A DNA stretch of 64,000 nucleotides from a virus (taxonomy: Duplodnaviria; Caudoviricetes): the IMG/VR virus record IMGVR_UViG_3300021400_000252. One strand, given 5' to 3'. Of the stretch, positions 42,109 through 53,182 are shown in pieces (position 1 is the stretch's first letter; each line of letters starts with the position of its first letter). Made by a program: the position numbers and the translations under genes. Below the pieces are notes generated by a model. The model worked only from the letters and a program-made list of their open reading frames with translations, was not told where the DNA came from and made no database searches.

Positions 42109-42421
42109 AAAATATGATTCTTTTAAAGTAAAAGATAAAATACGTGTAACTGCTGTAAATAATGTGCTTAGATACTCTCATAAAAGCACAGAAAGAGCTT
42201 TAGATAGATATATAAAAGAACAGTATAAAATGTCTTTAGAAGATTTATGTTTAGTTATTATATATAGTACTAAAATCGAACAAGTAGCTCCGAGAGAATA
42301 TACAGTGATTATTCCAGACCCACGTTTAGATGATGCTGCAAGATTAATTACTTTCGGTGACGGAAAATTATTTGGAAGTAATATTCTCTTAAAAGCTTTT
42401 GATTGGAAAGGAGTTTATTAA
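42083..42421 (+). CDS. Hypothetical neck or tail-completion protein
   Basis: ORF between the neck and tail terminator genes. Confidence 0.55.
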   Translation: MHFSISLDKKYDSFKVKDKIRVTAVNNVLRYSHKSTERALDRYIKEQYKMSLEDLCLVIIYSTKIEQVAPREYTVIIPDPRLDDAARLITFGDGKLFGSNILLKAFDWKGVY

Positions 42422-43155
42422 TGGCAACTCAAAAAGAAGATATGCTATCTGGTATAGCTTTATATGATATTGCACTTTGAAATAAAATTAATAAATATAT
42501 TCCTCAAACAGGATTAAATACTCAAAAGGTTTACAAGCCAGATCAAATGGATCAATTTTTAAAGATTATGGCTGATGAAAATAATGATAAAAAGATATTA
42601 TTTCCATTAATTAAAATTGATAGAGAAAAAGATTTTGAACTTTTATCAAATATTAAAAATTTAAAAACATTTAACGGTAATAAGATTTATCAAGATAATG
42701 ACCAAACAATGGTTAGTAATGTTATCCCAATTAAATTAAATTATCAAATTAATATTTTTACTGGTTCTTATAATTCAGGATGTGAATGGGTTAGATCTTT
42801 ATTATTTAAATTAATAAATAATCCAGTTATAGATATAACAATTCCATATCAAAAGTCAAATTTAACATACGTCACTAATATTAGAGTTCTTCCAACTATT
42901 TCAGATATCAGTGATATGTCTCAAAGACTTTATCCAGGACAATTTTCTTGTTTTAGTATTAAATTAGAACTTCATGATGCTAATTTATTTAATATTCCTA
43001 TTAGATCAAACTGGAAAATAGATGGTGCAGAAATTGGAACTTTTGTTGAATTAAAAGCAATAAAAGATGAAGAAACAGATGAGATAGATATAACAGAAGA
43101 TGAAGTTGAAGCTCCAGTTAGAAAAAAGCCAACTTTTTCTATCTTAGAATCATAG
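42421..43155 (+). CDS. Tail terminator / sheath stabiliser (T4 gp15-like); one TGA-Trp at 42478
   Basis: TAATG start, FPLIKIDR and PIKLNYQINIF; directly before the sheath gene. Confidence 0.7.
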
Positions 43156-43183
43156 AAGAATTAAATTAATTTATTAATCATTT

Positions 43184-43192
43184 GCTAAATTA
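43184..43192 (+). promoter_or_regulatory. Putative late promoter GCTAAATTA
   Basis: TTTGCTAAATTAATTGAT. Confidence 0.75.
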
Positions 43193-43235
43193 ATTGATTT
43201 AGTAATTTGAATAAATATATTATAAGGAGATACAA

Positions 43236-44894
43236 ATGCCATATCGTAATATATATGAAAAAGATTATACAAGACCTGTATCATCTGCTGCTGGTAGTAA
43301 CTTTGCAGTTTTAGTTCCAGGTTTTGTTGGTGATGGAACACCAGATGAGGATACATTCGTTAATGGTGTTGCAGAGTTTGATACTCAAGCCGATTTTATT
43401 AAGAAGATTGGTAAAAGAAATGCTTTAGTTGAATATACTCCAGGTGTGAAGGAAAAAGATGCAACCGCACCAGTTATTGCTGATATATCTAAATATGTTC
43501 CAGCTGAAGCTGAGCCTACTGATGGTACAACTGATGAAACTCCAACTGATGAAACTCCAACTGATGAAAAAGCTCCAGAAGATACAATTACAATAACATT
43601 CAATAATGGTGAAACCACAGAAGAAATAGTTTTAATTAAAAAGGCTTATGCGGAAATATCTGATAGCCTTGAAGGTAAAACATTAGTTCGAGCTACTATT
43701 AATGAAAAACAAGCTATAACAACAGTTGGTGAATATAAATTAGGAAACTGTGAGTTCACACCAGTTGATCGTGAAGCTGCTGTTGATACTGAAAAGTATA
43801 TTGTATTAGATTCAATTGGAAATGATCATATTGAAGCTGTTGATGAAGTAAAAATTTATCATTTTGGTAACCAAATCGCTTATGAATTATTAGGACTTGG
43901 ATATCACGTTTTATTTAAAGAAATAAAAAGTGTTTCTGAGTTAAATACTGATGAATTCTACGATGGATTAGAAGACAAATCAGTTTATAATTTCAGATAT
44001 ATTCTTTCAGGATTAAGAACTGATAATACAACTGCTAATAATAAACTTGCTGCTTTAGCTACATTACGTGGTGATACTATAGCATTATTAGATTTAGATG
44101 AGAATTGTTATTTAGATCAAAAAATTCAGTCAAGTCCACTTGAATTAGCTAAAAGTATGACTAATACAATTAATACCTTAACTTCAGCTAACACCAACTC
44201 AACTATATTAGCTCCATCATTAAAGTTATATATGAATGATGATCAAGTTTATAACAATAAAACATTACCAATGTCTTTATATTATCTAGCATGTGCTAAG
44301 TATGCTTTAGAAAATAATTACAAAGAGTGGTATGCCGTAGCAGGTTATAGACGTGGTATTTGTAGATATACAATAGATAAACCATTATTAACTGCAGGTG
44401 AAACTTTAGTTAATAAATTATCTCCAAGACGTCAAACAACTATTGGAACAAATCCAGGTGGTGGACAATGTATCGTATCTAAAGCTTGTAATCTAGTAGC
44501 ATTAATTAAAGGTAATTATTATATTTGAGGTAACAGAACTGCTGAAACACTTGGTGATGCTCAATCTGGTGAACTAAGTGCTAAACATTACTTAAATATT
44601 AGACAATTGATTACTACTTTAAAACAAGAATTATATACAGTATTAACTTCAAAAACATTTAATCCTAATAGTGATACATTATGGTATTCATTCAAGAGTG
44701 CTATAACACCTATACTAGAAACTATGGTAAATACTGATGGTATTGCTGATTATGAAATTAGACGTTCAGAGAATACTCAAAAAGGAACAATGAGTGCAGT
44801 AATCAGATTAGTTCCAATTGAAGCTGTTGAAGATTTCGAAATTACTATTTCTCTTGAGAATTCTCTTGAAGAAACTGGTACTATTTTAGAATAA
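43236..44894 (+). CDS. Contractile tail sheath protein; one TGA-Trp at 44526
   Basis: WYAVAGYRRG, YIWGNRT (W from TGA), YLNIRQL, FNPNSDTLW and PIEAVEDFEI. Confidence 0.93.
43528..43569 (+). repeat. 15-bp coding tandem repeat (TDETP, about 2.8 copies)
   Basis: CAACTGATGAAACTC repeated within the sheath N-terminal insertion. Confidence 0.8.
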
Positions 44895-44913
44895 GATAAA
44901 GGAGTAAAGAATA

Positions 44914-45540
44914 ATGGCAGATACAAATTATAAACACAATTACCCTTCATCTCTATCTGGACATCATATTGCAAATAACCAGTATAGAAATAATGAAGCA
45001 GCTCGTACTGGATTTTTCTCTTTAAGAGTTAATGGTTTAAATGAAATTTATAAATCAACAACTACTTATACTGATCCAAATAAAGCTCCAAAGGCAACTG
45101 CTGAAAATGCATGGATGACTGCTGAAGATAACTTAGAGCTACATGTGGTTAAGTTCTTCGAACCAGACTTTACTATCACACCTTTAAATTACACTCGTGG
45201 TAATGAAGTTGTAAAGTTTGCTGGTAAGCCTGAATGGCAAGGTGGTGACTTAGTTGTAGATGACGTAATTGGAATGCATACTTATGAAATTCTACAAGCT
45301 TGGTTATTTAAAGCTTACAACCCATTCACTCAAAAAGGTGGACGTATGTCAGATTATAAGTTCACAGCTACATTAACACAATATACTCAAGATTACGAAG
45401 AAGTAAGAACTTGGACATTATATGGTGTATGGATTAGTGGATTATCTTCTGAAGGATTTGATAAAGAGAACGATGGTAAGAGACAAGTAACAGCTAAGTT
45501 CGAATACGATTGGGCTCTACCTGAAAAATTAGAAAATTAA
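44914..45540 (+). CDS. Tail tube protein (T4 gp19-like)
   Basis: VKFAGKPEW, LQAW, TWTLYGVWI and FEYDWA; follows the sheath gene. Confidence 0.9.
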   Translation: MADTNYKHNYPSSLSGHHIANNQYRNNEAARTGFFSLRVNGLNEIYKSTTTYTDPNKAPKATAENAWMTAEDNLELHVVKFFEPDFTITPLNYTRGNEVVKFAGKPEWQGGDLVVDDVIGMHTYEILQAWLFKAYNPFTQKGGRMSDYKFTATLTQYTQDYEEVRTWTLYGVWISGLSSEGFDKENDGKRQVTAKFEYDWALPEKLEN

Positions 45541-45544
45541 TTTT

Positions 45545-45574
45545 AAAATAGGAGATTAATCTCCTATTTTTTTT
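45545..45574 (+). terminator. Intrinsic terminator
   Basis: AAAATAGGAGA-TTAA-TCTCCTATTTT followed by a T-run. Confidence 0.8.
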
Positions 45575-45613
45575 ATTATTATATTTTTATTAAATTTTTA
45601 TTAAAAATAATTA

Positions 45614-45622
45614 GCTAAATTA
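45614..45622 (+). promoter_or_regulatory. Putative late promoter GCTAAATTA
   Basis: TAGCTAAATTAAATGTA. Confidence 0.65.
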
Positions 45623-45651
45623 AATGTATAATTAACGAATAGGAGCTTAAT

Positions 45652-45813
45652 ATGGGTAGAAATAAACTCGACCGAAGCCAAAAAGTTATACAATCTTTTG
45701 AATCAACTAAACCATTAAAACAACGTTTAGAAGATGAAGCTAGTAAAAGAAATATAACAGTATCGGCGCTAATTAGAGAAATATTAGAAAAGCACTATGA
45801 AGAAAGGGATTAA
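45652..45813 (+). CDS. Ribbon-helix-helix (CopG/Arc-like) DNA-binding protein, 53 aa
   Basis: Not in the track. AGGAG RBS; MGRNKLDRSQKVIQSFESTKPLKQRLEDEASKRNITVSALIREILEKHYEERD. Confidence 0.75.
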   Translation: MGRNKLDRSQKVIQSFESTKPLKQRLEDEASKRNITVSALIREILEKHYEERD

Positions 45814-45815
45814 TT

Positions 45816-46610
45816 ATGGAAAACGAGAAATTAGAAAACTATGAAGGTCAAAGACTAGAAAATTACACTATTAATGAAGGTTACTATCTTCCTTCACGTG
45901 GAAAAATCTATAGCAAGCCAGTTAAACCATTAGTAGAATTAACTGCAATGAATGGATTTGATGAATTAAGAAGAAAAGGAAATTCAGTAGCTCCATTAAA
46001 AGTACTAGCTGACTTAATTGAAAAGTGTATGATTGAAAAGCCAGCAATTCATGTTTATGATATGAGTTTAGGTGATTATCAATACTTGTTACAAAAATTA
46101 AGAGTAATCACCTATGGTTCAGCTTATCTTATGGATGTTAGATGTCCTAATTGTGGCAGACATGTTGAAATTGAAACAGACTTAGATGAATTTGAAGCTG
46201 AAGAATTAGATTTAGATGAGTTTGAAGAAAAAAGTAATATTACGCTTCCAGTATCTGGTGATAAGATTGGATTAAATTTCCAAACTCCACACTTAATTGA
46301 TGCAATCGATGATAAAGCTAAAGAATTAAAGCGTAAGATGAAAGAACTAAAAATGGATTTCACATCATTTGCTACATTATTATTAACTATTAATAATGTT
46401 AATGGTGAACAATTACCTCTTGGTGATTTAGGTGAATATATCAAGAAAATGCATGCTAAGGATTTACGTTTCTTAGAGATTTCTATTGATAAGTTAAACG
46501 AAGTAATGGGTGGAATTGTAACAATTACAAAGACTTGCCCAGAATGTGAGGAAGAACTAGACGTAACCTTTCGCTTCGGACCAGACTTTTTTAGACCCGA
46601 AATATTGTAG
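45816..46610 (+). CDS. Baseplate hub / tail assembly chaperone (T4 gp26-like)
   Basis: LPSRG, D.QYLLQKLRVITYG, CPNC, CPEC and terminal FGPDFFRP; lies between the tube and tape measure genes. Confidence 0.8.
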   Translation: MENEKLENYEGQRLENYTINEGYYLPSRGKIYSKPVKPLVELTAMNGFDELRRKGNSVAPLKVLADLIEKCMIEKPAIHVYDMSLGDYQYLLQKLRVITYGSAYLMDVRCPNCGRHVEIETDLDEFEAEELDLDEFEEKSNITLPVSGDKIGLNFQTPHLIDAIDDKAKELKRKMKELKMDFTSFATLLLTINNVNGEQLPLGDLGEYIKKMHAKDLRFLEISIDKLNEVMGGIVTITKTCPECEEELDVTFRFGPDFFRPEIL

Positions 46611-46830
46611 TGATAATCCAGATGAATTATATGCTCCAAAACATTTTAAAGATGTAGTGCAAGAAGCATGGTTTATCTGTGACGCACTTCATATTGGATA
46701 TGAAGATGTAATGAAAATGACTGTAGTTGAAAGACATTATTTCATTGAATTTATTAAAGCTAAGAATGAAGCTGTAAATAAAAAGATTGAAGAGTCTAGA
46801 CAACAAGCTATGCAAAATAGACATAAATAG
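46588..46830 (+). CDS. Start-less downstream chaperone ORF, probably reached by programmed frameshift
   Basis: The +1 frame is open from 46567 to 46830 across TTTTTTA at 46587: LDPKYC...QEAWFICDALHIGYEDVMKMTVVERHYFIEFI. A terminator follows it. Confidence 0.7.
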   Translation, partial: FLDPKYCSDNPDELYAPKHFKDVVQEAWFICDALHIGYEDVMKMTVVERHYFIEFIKAKNEAVNKKIEESRQQAMQNRHK

Positions 46831-46857
46831 AGCATATTTACATATATGCTCTTTTTA
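46829..46857 (+). terminator. Intrinsic terminator
   Basis: AGAGCATAT/ATATGCTCT followed by a T-run. Confidence 0.7.
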
Positions 46858-46896
46858 TTTATTAAATTTTTATTAAATTAATAGAAAGTTTGATTT

Positions 46897-46905
46897 GCTA
46901 AATTA
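46897..46905 (+). promoter_or_regulatory. Putative late promoter GCTAAATTA
   Basis: TTTGCTAAATTAACTGAT. Confidence 0.7.
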
Positions 46906-46934
46906 ACTGATAGTTTAATTGATTGGAGTTCAAG

Positions 46935-49283
46935 ATGCCTGAAAAGAATTTAACTTCATTAAAACCATTATCTGTTGATAATGATATAAAAGAACAACTT
47001 AAACAAATTCATAAACAAATTAAGCAAGTTAGACTTGAGTCAAAACAATATGTTGAAGACGATTTACTTAAGTCTAAATCTTATTGGGAAGCTCAACTTG
47101 ACTTCTTAAAGAAATATGAGCTATATAAAAAAGAAGCACGTGAAAGAGAATATACTGAAGACGTGCGTATACAAGATAAACTATTAGAATTTAGAAAAAG
47201 TAATGATGAAAAAGCTCTTAGATCAGAAACAACTGCTCTTGAACGTTTATATAAACAAAAGAAAATTTGATCAAAAGCTGATTTTGATGACCGAATAGCT
47301 GCTATCAATGCTGAATTCGATGAAAAGATTAAAAAGCTAGAACTTTACGACGGACTCAGTGCAGCAATGATGGAAGAGCGTAAACAGAAAGCCATTGAAG
47401 ATGCAGAAGAGCAATATAAAAAAGGTCTTGAATTAGCTAAAAAAGAAATTGAAGAACAAAAGAAACGTGATAAAGAAAAAGAAAAGCGTGAAGAAGATAA
47501 GCGTAAAAAACAAAAAGCTAAAGATGCATATCAAGTATTAAATCCTTCTTTACGACAAGGTTTATCAAATGGACTAATGTCTCTTTTTAGTAAAGACTTT
47601 AGAGAACAAAGAAGAGCCGAAAAAGAGGCTGCTAAACAGGATTTAAGAGATGAAGGATACTCAGATAGTGATATTAGAAAAGGACGTATTACTGGTGTTC
47701 TTGATTCATTAACACATGCATTAGGTACATTTACTAAACAATTAGATTCAGCAATTACAACTACAGGTAATTTACAATCACAAATAGATACAAGATTATA
47801 TGGTTCTAATTTAGAAACTAAAGGTGGTTCTATTTGGAGAAAAATAAGTTCAGATATAACAAGTGTTGCATCTGTATCACCAATTGTAAAAATGAATGAC
47901 ATTGTTAATAATTTAAAAACAATGGTTGATTCTGGTATTGTTTATAATGTTGAACAACGTGCATTCTTAGCTACAATTAAAGATAAAATTGCTACAACAT
48001 TCGATGCTAATGATGCATCACTAAAGAAATTAATTCGTATCCAACAACAAGATACTACAGCTGGTAGACTTGGTATGGAAGCTGCATTAAATTCATTCTT
48101 AAATAATATGTATCAAACTACAGAATATTTAAAGGATTTAGCTACTCAAGTTAGAGGTGATTTATTCGAAGCTGAAGCATTATCTGATGCAAAGACTGGA
48201 ACTGAACTAGAATATACAGTTCAAAAATGGTTAGGTTCTATGTATTCAGTTGGTGCTAATAACGTTCAAAATATCTCAAAAGCATTAGGACAAATCTTAT
48301 CTGGTGATGTAAATGGTATTACTAGTGGTGGAGCTGGTAATCTATTAATTATGGCTGCCAATAGAGCTGGTGTTTCAGTTTCTGATATGTTATCTAGTGG
48401 TTTAAATAGTGATCAAACAAGTAATTTATTAGAAGAAGTTGTTAATTACTTAGGTGATATTTATGATCAAGCTAAGAATAGTAGAGTTGTTCAACAACAA
48501 TTAGCTCAATTATATGGTTTAACTGCTTCAGACTTAAAAGCTATTGCTGGATTAGCTCAAGATCAAAAAGCAAAAAAAGCAATTTCTAACCAATTGAGTT
48601 ATGATGGAATGGTTAATAACTTAATGAATATGGCAAACTCAATCACTAAGAGAATGTCTACTGGTGAAATGATGGATAATGTTTGGGAAAACTTTAAATA
48701 TTCACTTGGTGCTAGTATTGGAGCAAACCCAGTAACATATGCTATCTATAAAGCTGGTGGATTATTAGATGATGTCGTTGGTGGTATAGCTTTACCGGAT
48801 ATTAAATTTATGGGTACAGGTGTTAACTTACAAACCACTGTTGCTGACTTAATGAGAGTTGCTGCATTAAGTGGTGGTGTTATGACTGGTATTGGTAGTA
48901 TGTTAAGTGGTTTAGGTTCTGGTGGTAATGGAGCTTCAATGTTAAAGAAGTTAAATATAGGTGCAAACTTAACTACAGTTCAACGTGGTTCTGGTAATTT
49001 AGGAATTGGTGAACGTGGTGCTTCAACATCTTCATCAGGTTATGTTGGTAATGCTAGTGGATCTGATGTAAAGAATAAAGTTATGTCTGATGCTAGTGAA
49101 GAGCAAGAAAATACTTTAGCAACTGTTAAAGAGGAAAATACTGAAGTAACTATTGAAGACGTAAATGAAAATGTAGTATTAATTTATAAATTACTAGAAG
49201 ATGTTACAACCGGAGCATTAACATTTAAAGTTGAAGACCAAGGCTCAACAACTAGTAACTGGATAAGAGATACACTTCATTAG
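46935..49283 (+). CDS. Tape measure protein; one TGA-Trp at 47268
   Basis: Long helical Ala/Gly/Leu-rich protein after the chaperone. Track ORFs 46923 and 47367 are in frame. Confidence 0.75.
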
Positions 49284-49297
49284 AATAGGAGATAAAA

Positions 49298-50761
49298 ATG
49301 TTTACTTTTGATAATACTCATATTTTTACAGGTTATTTAAAACAATATTTATCTTCATTTAACCTTCCAAAATATCGAGTTTACACAGCAGAAAATGAAA
49401 AATATCATAGAGAACATATCTCTGAACGTAAAAATGAAAAAGATATTTTTAAAACAGTATTTAAAAATACAAATAATGAAACATATCACAAAGACACAAA
49501 ATATATTGAATATATCAAAGATGGATTTATTCAGTATTGTGTAGAAGAAAATGGAAGTTATAAGTGGATTAAATATGATAATAGACCATATGTATATAAT
49601 AGATTAGACTTAAATCATACTAAGAGATTAGTATTAAGTTCAAATGTTTATGATACATATACTCATGAATACTTAGGAGATTTCTTAAGATTTCAAAGAG
49701 ATTATAATCATGTAGACTTAATGCCATTATATAATTGTTTTAATAATAAAATTGTTAATCACTTAAATCTTGAATTTGATAAAACTTATTTTGAAACAGA
49801 AAACTTTGTTTCATCAGATGCAATTTCAAATAATCCAACAGTATATAATGTGTCATTTAAATCTTCTGATACTAACTATAAAATATATATGCTTCCAGTT
49901 AAGTTATTTCATGAATATACTATAGCTATAGATAGTCCAAATGTAATTGAAATGTGTTGTGGATTCTTTGGAGAATATTTAGATGAAAGAGAAAAGTTTA
50001 AACCTTTCTCTCAAGCTACTTATGTTAAGTATAAATCAATGAATTTTAACCAACCAGTAATATTTGATAAATTATTAAGTGAAAATTTAAGTAAAGAAAT
50101 TAAACGATTAACTAATAATGGTGATTATATAAATACAGAATTAGCATTAATGGAAAAAGATTTAAAATTATTTATAAAAGTTCCACATGATTTAAATTCA
50201 ACAATCACAATTCTAGAAGGAAATTATATTGGATGGAATGATTCATTCTATTCAAAGCGTGATAATAAAGATTTTAAATTTATTCAAAATAAATTCGTTA
50301 CTAATTATCAAAATTATTCCGATGATCAGAAATTTGTACCAATTACAAGACTACAATTATTGAGTTTAAATACTAAAGTTAGTTATCCATTTGCAGATAA
50401 ATTGTTAGAATATTTAGCTGGAAATGTAATTACAAATTTAGATACTATTGAAGATAATATTAAGAGAGTTGAAACTGTTTTAGCATTAAATGGTAATCCA
50501 ATCCAAAGAGATTCAGATGGCAATCCATTAGGATTATGGACAGATCGTTATAGAAGAACAGTTTATGATAAACTAACAGATGTCACATCAATTGAACACT
50601 TAGATCAAAATAAAAATAAATCAAATTTAAGTGAAACAAACCTAGAAACATTAGGATTTGTTGATAAAGTTGCTGAGAAAAATTATACCTATTCTTATAC
50701 TAATGAGGATGGTAAAACAGTCTTAACAAGTATTGCAGGTGTAGATATTTACTCAGAATAA
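49298..50761 (+). CDS. Hypothetical tail or baseplate protein
   Basis: Position in the tail operon; AGGAG RBS. Confidence 0.6.
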   Translation: MFTFDNTHIFTGYLKQYLSSFNLPKYRVYTAENEKYHREHISERKNEKDIFKTVFKNTNNETYHKDTKYIEYIKDGFIQYCVEENGSYKWIKYDNRPYVYNRLDLNHTKRLVLSSNVYDTYTHEYLGDFLRFQRDYNHVDLMPLYNCFNNKIVNHLNLEFDKTYFETENFVSSDAISNNPTVYNVSFKSSDTNYKIYMLPVKLFHEYTIAIDSPNVIEMCCGFFGEYLDEREKFKPFSQATYVKYKSMNFNQPVIFDKLLSENLSKEIKRLTNNGDYINTELALMEKDLKLFIKVPHDLNSTITILEGNYIGWNDSFYSKRDNKDFKFIQNKFVTNYQNYSDDQKFVPITRLQLLSLNTKVSYPFADKLLEYLAGNVITNLDTIEDNIKRVETVLALNGNPIQRDSDGNPLGLWTDRYRRTVYDKLTDVTSIEHLDQNKNKSNLSETNLETLGFVDKVAEKNYTYSYTNEDGKTVLTSIAGVDIYSE

Positions 50762-50777
50762 AGATAGGAGATAAAAT

Positions 50778-51425
50778 ATGGGATATCAACCTTCTTATGA
50801 ATACTCATCAGAAGTAATCAAAAAATATACCAAAGAAAATATATACCAAGCTCCTAAAAACTATATTTATATTTCTCACCTAGATGAGGATTATAGATAT
50901 TGGAGATTACCAAATTGGCCTGATGAGTTCAATGATAGTATGCAATCATCTTTTGCTACTACTACAGCTTTAGGTAGATCTGCTCCAGTTTACACTTATT
51001 CAAATTCAGGTCCAAGAACTATTAATATTACATTAGTAATCCACAGAGATGAATTTGATGATGTTAATATGTCTTGGAGTAATTCAAAACTCGGATATGG
51101 TGAAGATTATGTTGATAATCTAATTAGAGCATTACAATCAATTGCTTTACCGAGATATAATGTAGATAATAAAGCAGTAGAACCACCTTTAGTTGCATTA
51201 AAAATTGGTAAATCTTTATTTATTAAAGGTATTGTAAATGGACCTGTCGGTGTTACACAAGGAAAACCAATTTTAAGAGGTGATTTATATGCAAACCTAC
51301 AAGTGTCATTTTCAATAACTGAAGTAGATCCATATGATGCTACAACAGTATTTACTAATGGTTCTTATAGAGGTGAAATGAATACATTTAGACAAGGTGC
51401 TAGAAATATTGGAATAGACGATTAA
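50778..51425 (+). CDS. Tail tube initiator / baseplate tube-like protein
   Basis: LGRSAPVYTYSNSGPRTINITL and PPLVALKIG. Confidence 0.75.
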   Translation: MGYQPSYEYSSEVIKKYTKENIYQAPKNYIYISHLDEDYRYWRLPNWPDEFNDSMQSSFATTTALGRSAPVYTYSNSGPRTINITLVIHRDEFDDVNMSWSNSKLGYGEDYVDNLIRALQSIALPRYNVDNKAVEPPLVALKIGKSLFIKGIVNGPVGVTQGKPILRGDLYANLQVSFSITEVDPYDATTVFTNGSYRGEMNTFRQGARNIGIDD

Positions 51426-51438
51426 TTTGGAGATTTAT

Positions 51439-51765
51439 ATGGATAGATTAAAAAATAAATCTTATAAAAACTATAATTATACAAATCGATACACTACAGT
51501 ACCATATTATTATGATACTAAAACTGGAAAATATGTTTATGGTATAGGAACTTCTATGGATAAATCAATTCCATACTATACTCATAAATTATCTAGTAAT
51601 GATACATTAGATTACTTAGCTTTAAAATATTATGCAAATCCAACTTTATGGTGAATTATTGCTTATTTTAATGATATTATAGATCCATTTATTAAATTAA
51701 CTGACTGTTATACTCAAATCAAAATTCCAAATATGGCAAGTATTAAATTTGGAGCAGATAGATAA
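51439..51765 (+). CDS. LysM-type baseplate wedge protein (T4 gp53 / P2 gpX-like); one TGA-Trp at 51652
   Basis: DTLDYLALKYYANPTLWWIIAYFNDIIDPF...IKIP, with the second W from TGA. Confidence 0.88.
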
Positions 51766-53087
51766 TGATAAACACTAAATTAAAATTTTCAGAACAAAGA
51801 CGTAGTTTATTATCTGATGGTGCTAGAGTTCAAGTACCTTGGATAAAAGTTACTATTGGTAAATATACATTTGGAGTATTTTCAAAAACAAAAGCTACAA
51901 AAAATGTAGACGGTTTTTATGAAAATTTTAATGTAATGTATCCAAATTATATTTCAAGACTAGATATAACAAAAATTAATGGTCAAGTTAATCAATACAC
52001 ATTAACTATTAATTATCCTATTACAGTTAATGATGATCCAAATTTCTTTGAAAAAGTCTTTTCGAGTGTAAGTAGTTCACGTAAAATAGTCTTTACTTAT
52101 GGAGATTGTTCATTACCAACTTATGTTTATAAAGACGAAGAAGCAATTATTACAAAAGTTACAACAAATGTATCTCTAGAAAGTTCTAAAATAACTTATG
52201 TTGTTAATGCAACTTCAACAGCAACATTAGGTCTATCTGGCTCTATTACTAGAATTAGTGATGAAAGACCACATAAACCTAGTGATATAATTAAAGGATT
52301 ATTTAGAGATAAAACAACAGGACTTCAAGATTTATTTAAAGGTATGAGCGTTGATAACTTAGATAAATTAATAGATAGTTCAGACCAAGCAGTTGTCTTA
52401 CACTCTAAAGTAAATATTTCAGTATTAGATTATATTTCATATTTAGTAAGTTGTATGATTCCAGATGGCTCTGTTGTTGGAGATAGAAGTAATGCTATAT
52501 ACATATTAACTATTCATGATGAAACATTATATGATAGAGCTTATGAATCTTTAGGAACAGCTAATGATTTATTAAATGTAGGTCCTTATTTTAAAGTTAC
52601 TAGAACAACACACTTAGGAAATCATTCAGACGCGTATAATATTGATGTTGGATATAATACTTCAACTATTGTTTCTAACTTTTCATTACAAGATAATGAG
52701 AATTATGCATTATTCTATGATTATCAAGCTGAATTAAATCAAAATAATTATGTTAGAAGAATTAATTCAGATGGAGTATGAGAAGATGTGTATGCTCCAA
52801 GTTTAGCTTCAAAAAATGAGCATTTTGAAGTTAGAACTGAAGATAGAACATGGTGGACAAAGATAACAAAATATCCTGTAAAAGCTTCTATAACCATTCA
52901 AGGATTATTACGTCCAGCAGTATTAATGTCTTATGTAAGATTAAATGTAATCTTTCCTGGTGGACATAAACATATTTCGTCTGGATTATATATTATAACA
53001 AGTCAAACAGATTCAATTAGTGAAAGTGGTTATAAAACAACATTATCTTTAACTAAGATAGATGGTGATGATGATATTAAAATTTAA
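51765..53087 (+). CDS. Baseplate hub protein (gp27/gpD-like); one TGA-Trp at 52779
   Basis: C-terminal ASITIQG...SSGLYIITSQTDSISESGYKTTLSL, in frame with track ORF 52788. Confidence 0.75.
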
Positions 53088-53182
53088 CGTTTAGGAACGT
53101 TTTATTTAATTAATGATTAATTTAATTACTTAATAAATAAACGCTATCCTGGTGACGATTTCTATTGAAAGGAACGATAATT

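Noticed and set aside
44520-51660. TGA read as Gly (code 25) or selenocysteine
   Set aside because: TGA falls at conserved Trp motifs (WGNRT, LWWIIA, DRW), not at Gly or catalytic Cys positions.
51439-51765. LysM protein as a cell-wall lysin
   Set aside because: Its size, motif and position match the structural gp53/gpX baseplate component, and it has no catalytic domain.
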